Source: a virus
Taxonomy: Duplodnaviria > Caudoviricetes
Virus record (IMG/VR): IMGVR_UViG_3300036861_000320
Coordinates: 1 to 43,933 of that record
Reading direction: 5' to 3' (one strand)
Length of the DNA stretch: 43,933 nt
The notes under the pieces are model-generated. The model saw only the letters and a program-made list of their open reading frames with translations, was not told where the DNA came from and did not search any database. Positions 9,741 through 15,671 of this stretch are shown here, piece by piece. Each line of letters opens with the position of its first letter. Position 1 is the first letter of the stretch. The translations under genes and the position numbers were made by a program.

Positions 9741-10172
9741 TTAGAGGGCTCTAAGGCGGGCGACAAGGCGTTTGGAGCGGTTACCGACCTGGCCATACCA
9801 GCGGGAGGCCACTAGGGCCGTGGCGGCCTTGTCGTAGTCCTTAGAACGGAGAAAAGAGAGGGTATTCTTGAACTTCAGGAGGCCGGTAATGCCAAGGTTG
9901 TAGGCAAGATTCGCGAGTATTTCTTGTACTTCATCGGGGAATGTAAGCCAGCCGTCAATCTCGCGCTTGCAATCGACGATGGTGCGGGCAAGATCGTAAT
10001 CAAAGAAGATATCGCACTGCTCTTGAGTAATCCTGTCACCCACATGGAGCAGGTCAGCCGGGCGAACCAGGTGGCCAACACCGACCGTAGGGAAGCCTTG
10101 CGTGTCCTTATAGACTTTCAGACGTACGCCTTCGTCTTCCTTAAGCTGTTTTCTGAGGCGTTCTAAGTCCAT
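9741..10172 (-). CDS. Endolysin, T4-type lysozyme (GH24)
   Basis: Catalytic E-x8-D-x5-T (EGVRLKVYKDTQGFPT), VGVGHL, YNLG, SRWYGQVGNRSKRL. Confidence 0.92.
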   Translation of the reverse strand: MDLERLRKQLKEDEGVRLKVYKDTQGFPTVGVGHLVRPADLLHVGDRITQEQCDIFFDYDLARTIVDCKREIDGWLTFPDEVQEILANLAYNLGITGLLKFKNTLSFLRSKDYDKAATALVASRWYGQVGNRSKRLVARLRAL

Positions 10173-10353
10173 CAGTCATCGCCGTATGAGAGTACCAACC
10201 AACCGATAGGCCCTTGGGATGGGTCTTGAGGGTGTAAAAACTTCCTGGAGCAAGAAGCCGCTCGGCATCAAGAATCGCATGCATATATGCTACATCAAGG
10301 TCATCGCCAGCCGGGTAACCACGACCGTATTCACGTACATCTGACCAGTTCAT
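10141..10353 (-). CDS. Hypothetical protein
   Basis: 70 aa, overlaps neighbours in the operon. Confidence 0.5.
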   Translation of the reverse strand: MNWSDVREYGRGYPAGDDLDVAYMHAILDAERLLAPGSFYTLKTHPKGLSVGWYSHTAMTDGLRTPQKTA

Positions 10354-10634
10354 AGATACTGTCCTAGTTGAGGGAATTCCAAGGAAATGTCGTTGGTGGA
10401 CTCATCAATATCTTCGCCGTCTTCCTCGTCATCTTCACACAACTCATGCTCGTTCATCTCCAGGTTGATGCCGTGGGTCAGGCGGGAAATCAGGCCAAGG
10501 CACTTCACCCGATCACCCCACCAGACGTCTTGACGGGCTGCGCCCTTGGGCGTCAGGGAAATCACACCACTGGAGCCGCGGGCGCCCAGTTCAGTCACCA
10601 ACTCGTTGGTTGTTGCACTACTCAGATCGGTCAT
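10350..10634 (-). CDS. Hypothetical protein with acidic C terminus
   Basis: 94 aa, DLSSATTNELVTEL start, operon packing. Confidence 0.55.
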   Translation of the reverse strand: MTDLSSATTNELVTELGARGSSGVISLTPKGAARQDVWWGDRVKCLGLISRLTHGINLEMNEHELCEDDEEDGEDIDESTNDISLEFPQLGQYL

Positions 10635-10803
10635 TTTTCGCTACCGGACTCGGGGCCAAGTGAGTAATAAAGGCGATCACACCAGCGATCAGGGCAGAAG
10701 TCAACGGGTTGGCCACCACAGCGTCTTGAACCACGGGAACCACGGCGGGAGCCACGGCGACCACGAACGGCAACACGGCAGGGATAAGCTTCTTCCAATC
10801 CAT
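10618..10803 (-). CDS. Holin-like small membrane protein
   Basis: GAGGAG RBS before ATG 10803; two hydrophobic segments and charged C terminus; upstream of the lysozyme. Confidence 0.55.
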   Translation of the reverse strand: MDWKKLIPAVLPFVVAVAPAVVPVVQDAVVANPLTSALIAGVIAFITHLAPSPVAKNDRSE

Positions 10804-10830
10804 ATACAACACTCCTCACAGCAAATAAGC

Positions 10831-10877
10831 GGCCAGCGATTTCTTTTTAAGTGCGCCACTGGCCGGGCTCTACACTT
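10831..10877 (-). ncRNA. Predicted H-type pseudoknot with A-rich loop
   Basis: AAGTGT/GCACTT and GGCCAGTGG/TCGCTGGCC interleave; loop AAAAAGAAA. Confidence 0.45.
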
Positions 10878-11144
10878 TGCGCCGGGCCGGGGCAGATTCC
10901 CGACATCTCTGTTTCAAGGCCACTACTCCCCAAACGGAATGACGGCACCTTACGGGGAGCGCATCACAGGCCGTCATTGCACAGCGGCCAGGGTCGGGCC
11001 GGGCTGGTACCGACCATCTCAATTTCAAAGGCGAGGTATCCCGCAGTAGCAACAGGCATCTACCATTTATGCAGACCTTACCGCCTGTGACGACCTGCGC
11101 CCAGGGTCGAACCCTTTTAGCATCTTCTCTTAGACGACCGGCAC
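10878..11144 (-). ncRNA. ~266-nt structured RNA closed by a tRNA-like acceptor stem, with two copies of a ~100-nt domain
   Basis: GTGCCGG/CCGGCGC closing stem, D-arm-like GTCT-AAGAGA-AGAT, two units CGACCCTGG...GTAAGGT...CC(T)TTGAAA-NN-GAGATG(G)TCGG; no credible ORF. Confidence 0.6.
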
Positions 11145-11146
11145 AT

Positions 11147-11223
11147 AAACCCTGGTGGGACTTGAACCCACGCCCGCTGGATCAGCATAGCGTCCACCGC
11201 TCTACCCACTGAGCTACAGGGTC
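11147..11223 (-). ncRNA. tRNA-like RNA with an 11-nt anticodon loop (no assignable anticodon, no encoded CCA)
   Basis: GACCCTG-TA-GCTC AGTGGGTA GAGC-G-GTGGA CGCTATGCTGA TCCAG-CGGGC-GTGGG TTCAAGT CCCAC-CAGGGTT-T. Confidence 0.8.
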
Positions 11224-11228
11224 AACAA

Positions 11229-11320
11229 CGCACCAGGACCGGACTCGAACCGGTAAATGCCCCCGCAGTCCGCGTGGACCAGGCCGAAGCCTGCCGCTCG
11301 ACATTGAGCTACCTGGTGCG
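11229..11320 (-). ncRNA. tRNA-like RNA whose anticodon arm is replaced by small tetraloop hairpins
   Basis: (CG)CACCAGG-TA-GCTC AATGTC GAGC-GG-CAGGC TTCG GCCTG-GTCC ACGC GGAC-TGC GGGG GCA-TTT-ACCGG TTCGAGT CCGGT-CCTGGTG(CG). Confidence 0.75.
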
Positions 11321-11325
11321 CATCT

Positions 11326-11499
11326 CTACTTACTTTTCTTACTCGACTTCTTGCCCGTAGGCTTCCAGCCGTGATCGACTGCATTCAACAGCCGCTGCTG
11401 AGCCTCGGCCTTTTCCTTGGTCGTGCCCTTGGCGTGCACGCCATTGGGGGTCTTCACCTCGTACTCACCATTCTTTTTCTTGATCACTTTGGCGGGCAT
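11326..11499 (-). CDS. Small basic hypothetical protein (57 aa)
   Basis: Below ORF-track cutoff; AAGGAG RBS; MPAKVIKKKNGEYEVKTPNGVHAKGTTKEKAEAQQRLLNAVDHGWKPTGKKSSKKSK. Confidence 0.7.
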   Translation of the reverse strand: MPAKVIKKKNGEYEVKTPNGVHAKGTTKEKAEAQQRLLNAVDHGWKPTGKKSSKKSK

Positions 11500-11538
11500 T
11501 GAAACTCCTTGGGTGGATCTCTCGTTTTGCCGTCGAGC

Positions 11539-11685
11539 CTACGCTCGCATCAGCGCGGACACGGCTATAACTTCATCTTGCCTCTGGCGGCGGAACCGGC
11601 GGTGGGCCTCACGCTTCACAAACCGCTTGCGGGCTGAACTGGCGTGGCGGCACTGGAAACAGCGGCAAAACTTATATGGATTCAC
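11539..11685 (-). CDS. Small Arg-rich protein with CRCxxC (48 aa)
   Basis: GTG start; MNPYKFCRCFQCRHASSARKRFVKREAHRRFRRQRQDEVIAVSALMRA. Confidence 0.45.
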   Translation of the reverse strand: MNPYKFCRCFQCRHASSARKRFVKREAHRRFRRQRQDEVIAVSALMRA

Positions 11686-11839
11686 AAGCCTTGCCTTTCT
11701 CTACAATTTTGTGTACGAGCGTATAGCCAAGGCCTAAGCTTCGGGCCGGACCCAGGGCGTGGCCGGCGATTTGCTACGCGCGCCCTGGTGGTGGGAGCGG
11801 AGCCAGAAGGCCAGGAACCCGTAATGCCAGGTAAATCAA

Positions 11840-12163
11840 TTACTTCAAGGGATCGCCGTTGGATGATCCATCCAAGCTAGGCTTTAAAGCTGCGATCTCG
11901 GCGGCCAGCTCGGCATCAGACATGGCATTAATGCTCATCGAGACGGACGCCTCAACCTCAAGCTTTTCATTGTAGCCACCAAGGCGTGCCACAATCGCTA
12001 AGGCCTGCGCCCACCGATCAGGGTTCTTTTCCGCCAGGAAGGCAATGGCCTGGTCGGACGGGGCGTTAATTAAAAACTTGAGCACTTGGTCTCGGAACGG
12101 CGAGCGAGAGAGATTGGCTAGTTGCTGCGCTATCGTGGCCGGGTCAATTTGCGGGGCTCCCAT
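11840..12163 (-). CDS. Putative terminase small subunit
   Basis: 107 aa helical; KLEVEA...MSDAELAAEI C-terminal pattern common in TerS; heads the late operon. Confidence 0.45.
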   Translation of the reverse strand: MGAPQIDPATIAQQLANLSRSPFRDQVLKFLINAPSDQAIAFLAEKNPDRWAQALAIVARLGGYNEKLEVEASVSMSINAMSDAELAAEIAALKPSLDGSSNGDPLK

Positions 12164-12179
12164 GAAGCATCCTAATGAG

Positions 12180-12440
12180 TTATTGAGGAGAGAATTGAGC
12201 GAGGTAAGGGTTGCGGCTGACTATCCAGTTATCGATCAACTGTGTGCTTGACATCCAGCAGCCGTTCGGGAGCTTTGCAGCAGGGAATGAATGCTTGCGC
12301 ACCCAGGAGCGTAACGTGGTGGGGTTGCAGCCCAGATAATCGCAGATGACTGGCAGACCGTATAGCAGAGTGCGGTCGTAGCGCTTGAGTGCCTGGAAGG
12401 CCTCTGTGGGTGCCTTAAGCTGGCCTTTGAGACGGGCCAT
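12180..12440 (-). CDS. Excisionase/AlpA-like winged-HTH DNA-binding protein
   Basis: ICDYLGCNPTTLRSWVRKHSFPAAKL...W....IDNWI pattern; GGAG RBS. Confidence 0.7.
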   Translation of the reverse strand: MARLKGQLKAPTEAFQALKRYDRTLLYGLPVICDYLGCNPTTLRSWVRKHSFPAAKLPNGCWMSSTQLIDNWIVSRNPYLAQFSPQ

Positions 12441-12544
12441 ACGGGCTCCAGGGGAAAAAGTGGTGAGCAGTGGACATTTGCCGTTTGCTAAGCATTACAT
12501 TAGTGAATGGTGAAATCGGTGATGGTGGTGCGAAGAAAAACTGC

Positions 12545-12667
12545 CTTACACTGAATAGGATGAATTGTATAGGGGCGTTTGTCGCACGGAGTGAATATAT
12601 TTATTTTCATTATTCAGCCTTTCATGCGACATTTACCCCCTGACAATTCATCCTTTTTATATGTATG
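12545..12667. promoter_or_regulatory. Divergent pair of TGCGACA-N11-ACAATTCAT-N9/10-TGTA(A/T)G elements
   Basis: Copy 1 at 12545-12586 (minus), copy 2 at 12625-12667 (plus), AT-rich spacer, in the gap between divergent operons. Confidence 0.7.
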
Positions 12668-12747
12668 CACGTACCACGGGAACCTCTTAGTAGAATGCAG
12701 CAGCAAGAGCCGTATACTTTGGATGTCTAAAATCGTTAGGAGGGGCG

Positions 12748-13035
12748 ATGCTGGTTTTAAGGAAAGACTTGGAATGGAACAAGCTAACACCGACTCAGAA
12801 ACGGATAGTAAGCTCGATACGAGAGCGTGAGAAACAACTAGGCGAGAACAACACTAACGCTGTTCTTAGTGATGCTCAAGCGTTGGAAATCAAACAACGA
12901 CTGTCACAAGGTGAGGAACCAATTGCAATCGCTGAGGCAATGAAAATCTCTCGTAACCTCATAGATGATATACGAGCGGGCAGGAACTGGACGCATATGT
13001 TGATTTCTGTGCCAGAAGCATTGCGAGACATATAA
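12748..13035 (+). CDS. HTH protein resembling the DNA-binding tail of phage HNH endonucleases
   Basis: GENNTNAVLSDAQALEIK...IAEAMKISRNLIDDIRAGRNWTH; AGGAGG RBS; no HNH motif. Confidence 0.7.
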   Translation: MLVLRKDLEWNKLTPTQKRIVSSIREREKQLGENNTNAVLSDAQALEIKQRLSQGEEPIAIAEAMKISRNLIDDIRAGRNWTHMLISVPEALRDI

Positions 13036-13046
13036 GGGGAAAAAGC

Positions 13047-13283
13047 ATGGCATTGCATCGCAAGACGTGCCAAGGTTGTGAATTGTGCGGTAAAGTGCGC
13101 CCGCGTGGCGTTGGTGTCGGCAACACCAAGATCAGTGACGAGCAGAAAGCCGATGTCAAACGCCGCGCGTTGGCTGGCGAGAACCAGCGGCTGCTTGGCC
13201 TGGAGTTCGGCATCAGTCGCGCACAGGTGTGCAACATCAAGCAAGACTACAAGAGCAAGCCGAATCCGCGCTGGAAAAGCTGA
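13047..13283 (+). CDS. HTH protein of the same type with N-terminal Cys cluster
   Basis: CQGCELC then RGVGVGNTKISDEQKADVK...LGLEFGISRAQVCNIK. Confidence 0.65.
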   Translation: MALHRKTCQGCELCGKVRPRGVGVGNTKISDEQKADVKRRALAGENQRLLGLEFGISRAQVCNIKQDYKSKPNPRWKS

Positions 13284-13307
13284 GCGCCCTAGCGTATAGT
13301 TTGACCC

Positions 13308-13340
13308 TGCCTCTATCCACTCGGATAGGGGCATTTTTAT
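13308..13340 (+). terminator. Intrinsic terminator
   Basis: TGCCTCTATCC-ACTC-GGATAGGGGCA followed by TTTTTAT. Confidence 0.8.
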
Positions 13341-13388
13341 TGTCTAAAGACAGGCGCACGCGAGACTTAATACCTAGGAGGCGGGAAC

Positions 13389-13586
13389 ATGACTGGCAAG
13401 GAGCTGCGGGAGCTACGGGAGGGGTGGGGATTGACGCAATCAGGTTTAGCCGATATCCTGGGACTCAAGGGTCAATCAATTTCCGATATGGAGCGAGGAA
13501 AAATGAAGATCAGTAAAAGCGTTGAGAATCATGTGCTTGCGGTCAAAAAGCTGCGGGCATTGAAAGAAATTTTAGATTCTGGCTAA
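13389..13586 (+). CDS. XRE-family HTH regulator
   Basis: LRELREGWGLTQSGLADILGLKGQSISDMERG; AGGAGG RBS. Confidence 0.88.
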   Translation: MTGKELRELREGWGLTQSGLADILGLKGQSISDMERGKMKISKSVENHVLAVKKLRALKEILDSG

Positions 13587-13593
13587 AAAGCCC

Positions 13594-13622
13594 TTGACAT
13601 AAGTTTTAACCGTAGGTACGAT
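13594..13622 (+). promoter_or_regulatory. Strong sigma70-type early promoter
   Basis: TTGACA-N17-TACGAT, upstream of the early small-ORF run. Confidence 0.8.
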
Positions 13623-13666
13623 TCTATCACGATACACGAAACGATCAAACACTGGAGGGTACGAGG

Positions 13667-13855
13667 ATGGCAGAGCGGACGCGGGCGATGGGTGAGGCGA
13701 CACAGAAGTGCCAGTGCTGCGGGGACAGGGTTTTGTCTGCCCTAGCCGTGGCCGAGTTCTGTTCTTCGGACTGCCGCACGCGGGCAGCGCAGATTGATGC
13801 TCAGTGCGCAGTGCTTTACGGTGAAGCTAAGCGTTTCCAACTGGTTCGCAACTAA
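13667..13855 (+). CDS. Small zinc-finger protein
   Basis: CQCCG...FCSSDC; GGAGG RBS. Confidence 0.6.
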   Translation: MAERTRAMGEATQKCQCCGDRVLSALAVAEFCSSDCRTRAAQIDAQCAVLYGEAKRFQLVRN

Positions 13856-13868
13856 CAAGGAGTCGGCG

Positions 13869-13979
13869 ATGAGAACGGCAATCGAGACAGCAAGACAGAC
13901 AGTGGTGGCGACTGTGTTAACAGCGGGCGTAATCGGATGGTTCAGCGCGGCGTGCAGCCTCAGCATGATGGTGTGGTAA
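13869..13979 (+). CDS. Small membrane peptide (36 aa)
   Basis: AAGGAG RBS before ATG 13869; hydrophobic segment. Confidence 0.55.
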   Translation: MRTAIETARQTVVATVLTAGVIGWFSAACSLSMMVW

Positions 13980-14017
13980 ATAACCGGGAGCCTTCGGGCT
14001 CCCTTAAGGAGCAGGCG

Positions 14018-14239
14018 ATGACAAAGTTTTCCGATTTACTCATTGGCAGTGTGTATGAGATTGACGGCGTGCGGTATGTAAAAATTACCAAGACACGTGG
14101 TTGGCTGGTGCCCACAGCCCCCGGCCAGATGGACGCAACGCACCGTGTGCCGCCGGGGACGATGGTTGAGCTGCTGGTAGCCGCCATCCCCATGCTCACC
14201 AATTACCGGGCGCAAGAGGTGGTCGGGTTCCCTGGCTAG
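14018..14239 (+). CDS. Hypothetical early protein
   Basis: AAGGAG RBS before ATG 14018; MTKFSDLLIGSVYEIDGVRYVK. Confidence 0.65.
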   Translation: MTKFSDLLIGSVYEIDGVRYVKITKTRGWLVPTAPGQMDATHRVPPGTMVELLVAAIPMLTNYRAQEVVGFPG

Positions 14240-14261
14240 CGCAGAGAGGAGCCCATACGGG

Positions 14262-14298
14262 GTTCGCCCCGCTAATGCAGTGGGGCGTGGATTGAAAC
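14262..14298 (+). CRISPR. Solitary type I-C-like CRISPR repeat (37 nt), not an array
   Basis: GTT-CGCCCCGCT-AATGC-AGTGGGGCG-TGGATTGAAAC: 9-bp stem followed by the 11-nt I-C handle; intergenic. Confidence 0.75.
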
Positions 14299-14364
14299 AT
14301 GCAGCTTGGCAATGATGGCTTGGTAAACACACGGGAGGGGCACCCCTCCCGAAGGAGCACAGCG

Positions 14365-14514
14365 ATGTACGTGATCGAGTGGAAAATGGCAAATGGGGTG
14401 TGGGCACAGCACAGCACAGGCTGGACCCAGGAAGAGGCCATGTTTATCATCTGGACGAGCGGACTGACCGGTAAGGTGTGTTTCAGGGTCGCAATCGAGA
14501 GGCGGGTTAACTAA
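14365..14514 (+). CDS. Hypothetical early protein
   Basis: AAGGAG RBS before ATG 14365. Confidence 0.6.
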   Translation: MYVIEWKMANGVWAQHSTGWTQEEAMFIIWTSGLTGKVCFRVAIERRVN

Positions 14515-14675
14515 TGTTTGAACTAGCGGTGATTAGTTTGGCAGTGGTGTTTGTCGGGTTGCCTGTGGCGTGTCTGGTGCTGGCTGTCGTAGGTGCTGCT
14601 GTGGCTGTGCCACTGGTGTGGATCGGCTGTATGCTAGCGTGTCTCTTTCCCGTAAGCCCAGAGGAGTCTGAATAA
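14514..14675 (+). CDS. Small membrane protein (53 aa)
   Basis: TAATG coupling; almost entirely hydrophobic with acidic tail. Confidence 0.6.
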   Translation: MFELAVISLAVVFVGLPVACLVLAVVGAAVAVPLVWIGCMLACLFPVSPEESE

Positions 14676-14827
14676 TGGAACTGTATACCTTAGTGCTTAA
14701 TGGCGAAGTGACCAGCGGTCTGACCCTGATCGACGCCTATGCCATCTGGAAAGTGGCCACAGGCAATGCGGCCATGATGAAGGACGAGGAGTTTAACACG
14801 ATGTACCCAGAAACTGTGGAGGCCTAG
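14675..14827 (+). CDS. Small hypothetical protein (50 aa)
   Basis: TAATG coupling, GAGGAG RBS; MELYTLVLNGEVTSG. Confidence 0.6.
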   Translation: MELYTLVLNGEVTSGLTLIDAYAIWKVATGNAAMMKDEEFNTMYPETVEA

Positions 14828-14828
14828 A

Positions 14829-15017
14829 ATGCAGCGGAAAATGGATGGTGGGGAGTTAGCGTTTTGTGGTGGTGTCGTGCACCTTGGCGAGCGGATTAAC
14901 CCAGGGCTAGGGAGTTGGATTGAGGAGTGTGTGCGCCGGGCGATGGAGGACCGTGGGTTAACATATCAACCGATTAAACATGCTAAGAAGCCGCGTGCGA
15001 AGAAAGCGAAAGTATAA
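14829..15017 (+). CDS. Hypothetical protein
   Basis: GGAGG RBS; operon packing. Confidence 0.55.
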   Translation: MQRKMDGGELAFCGGVVHLGERINPGLGSWIEECVRRAMEDRGLTYQPIKHAKKPRAKKAKV

Positions 15018-15018
15018 G

Positions 15019-15291
15019 ATGAGCATCGAGCAGGACAAGATTCGTGTCCGGAATGATCGGTTGTACTTCAATAGATTACAGGCGGCTGCTAAGCGCCTTG
15101 GATTTATAGCAGCGGAAGTAAACGAAAAGTCTGTTCTCCGGGCGCTAGGGATTCGATACATCTTGAGGGATACAGAGTTGAGCGGTGTTTACATTTGCGC
15201 TGAGTCGTTAAGCGAACTGGAGAGCGATATTGATCATCAGCGTTTTCTGTGGGAACAGGTGCATGGGCGTGCCATAGGAGAAGGTGTATGA
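15019..15291 (+). CDS. Hypothetical protein
   Basis: ATG directly after the upstream stop. Confidence 0.55.
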   Translation: MSIEQDKIRVRNDRLYFNRLQAAAKRLGFIAAEVNEKSVLRALGIRYILRDTELSGVYICAESLSELESDIDHQRFLWEQVHGRAIGEGV

Positions 15292-15355
15292 GAGATTTTT
15301 GTCACATAGTCCGGGCGCCGTGAATCGGTGAGGCCTGGATCAGGGCTCCGTGAGA

Positions 15356-15371
15356 TGTGATGTAGCGCACA
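15356..15371. promoter_or_regulatory. CRP/FNR-family-like box
   Basis: TGTGA-N6-GCACA, 9/10 match to TGTGA-N6-TCACA, intergenic upstream of an HTH gene. Confidence 0.35.
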
Positions 15372-15420
15372 ACTTTTTAGAAGGGAGGGACTGTTATCTA
15401 TGGTAGATAGGAGAGGAGAT

Positions 15421-15660
15421 ATGGAGGGGCAGACATTACGTAATGCGAGGATTCGGCTAGGCTGGACACAAGAAGAGATGGCGCAGCAACTTGGAGTCAG
15501 CGCTAGTCATCTTGCTCATTGCGAGCAAGACGAAGCGAGGATCACACCACGACTAGAAAGGCAAGTGCTTATTTTAGATCAGCTTGGTGTTGCATGCACA
15601 GCGGTCAATCGGCTTTGTGCATTAGTTGGAATACTGAGGGAACCTATCCCCAGGGGATAG
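15421..15660 (+). CDS. Second XRE-family HTH regulator
   Basis: LRNARIRLGWTQEEMAQQLGVSASHLAHCEQ; GAGGAG RBS before ATG 15421. Confidence 0.85.
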   Translation: MEGQTLRNARIRLGWTQEEMAQQLGVSASHLAHCEQDEARITPRLERQVLILDQLGVACTAVNRLCALVGILREPIPRG

Positions 15661-15671
15661 TTGGAGTGGAT

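Noticed and set aside
10803-10812. Lambda S-type dual-start holin/antiholin
   Set aside because: Upstream in-frame GTG/TTG overlap or abut the RBS and add no basic residue
10878-11144. tmRNA, or HDV-like (theta)/hammerhead/twister ribozyme
   Set aside because: No G3-U70 alanine acceptor, canonical T loop, CCA or tag ORF; no HDV P1.1/J4-2 or CUGANGA core seen; CGGTACCAGCCCG only loosely resembles twister P4
11147-11320. Functional decoding or suppressor tRNAs and stop-codon reassignment
   Set aside because: No canonical 7-nt anticodon loop; genes read normally with TAA, TAG and TGA all used as stops
11490-11505. Second ATTGAAAC repeat-like end
   Set aside because: No preceding stem; it is the reverse complement of the RBS-spacer-ATG of the 11326-11499 gene
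11834-11846. IHF-like site at the end of the TerS candidate (possible pac/cos region)
   Set aside because: One mismatch to consensus and no other packaging-site evidence
14200-14400. CRISPR array
   Set aside because: Only one repeat; no second copy at spacer distance on either side and no cas genes
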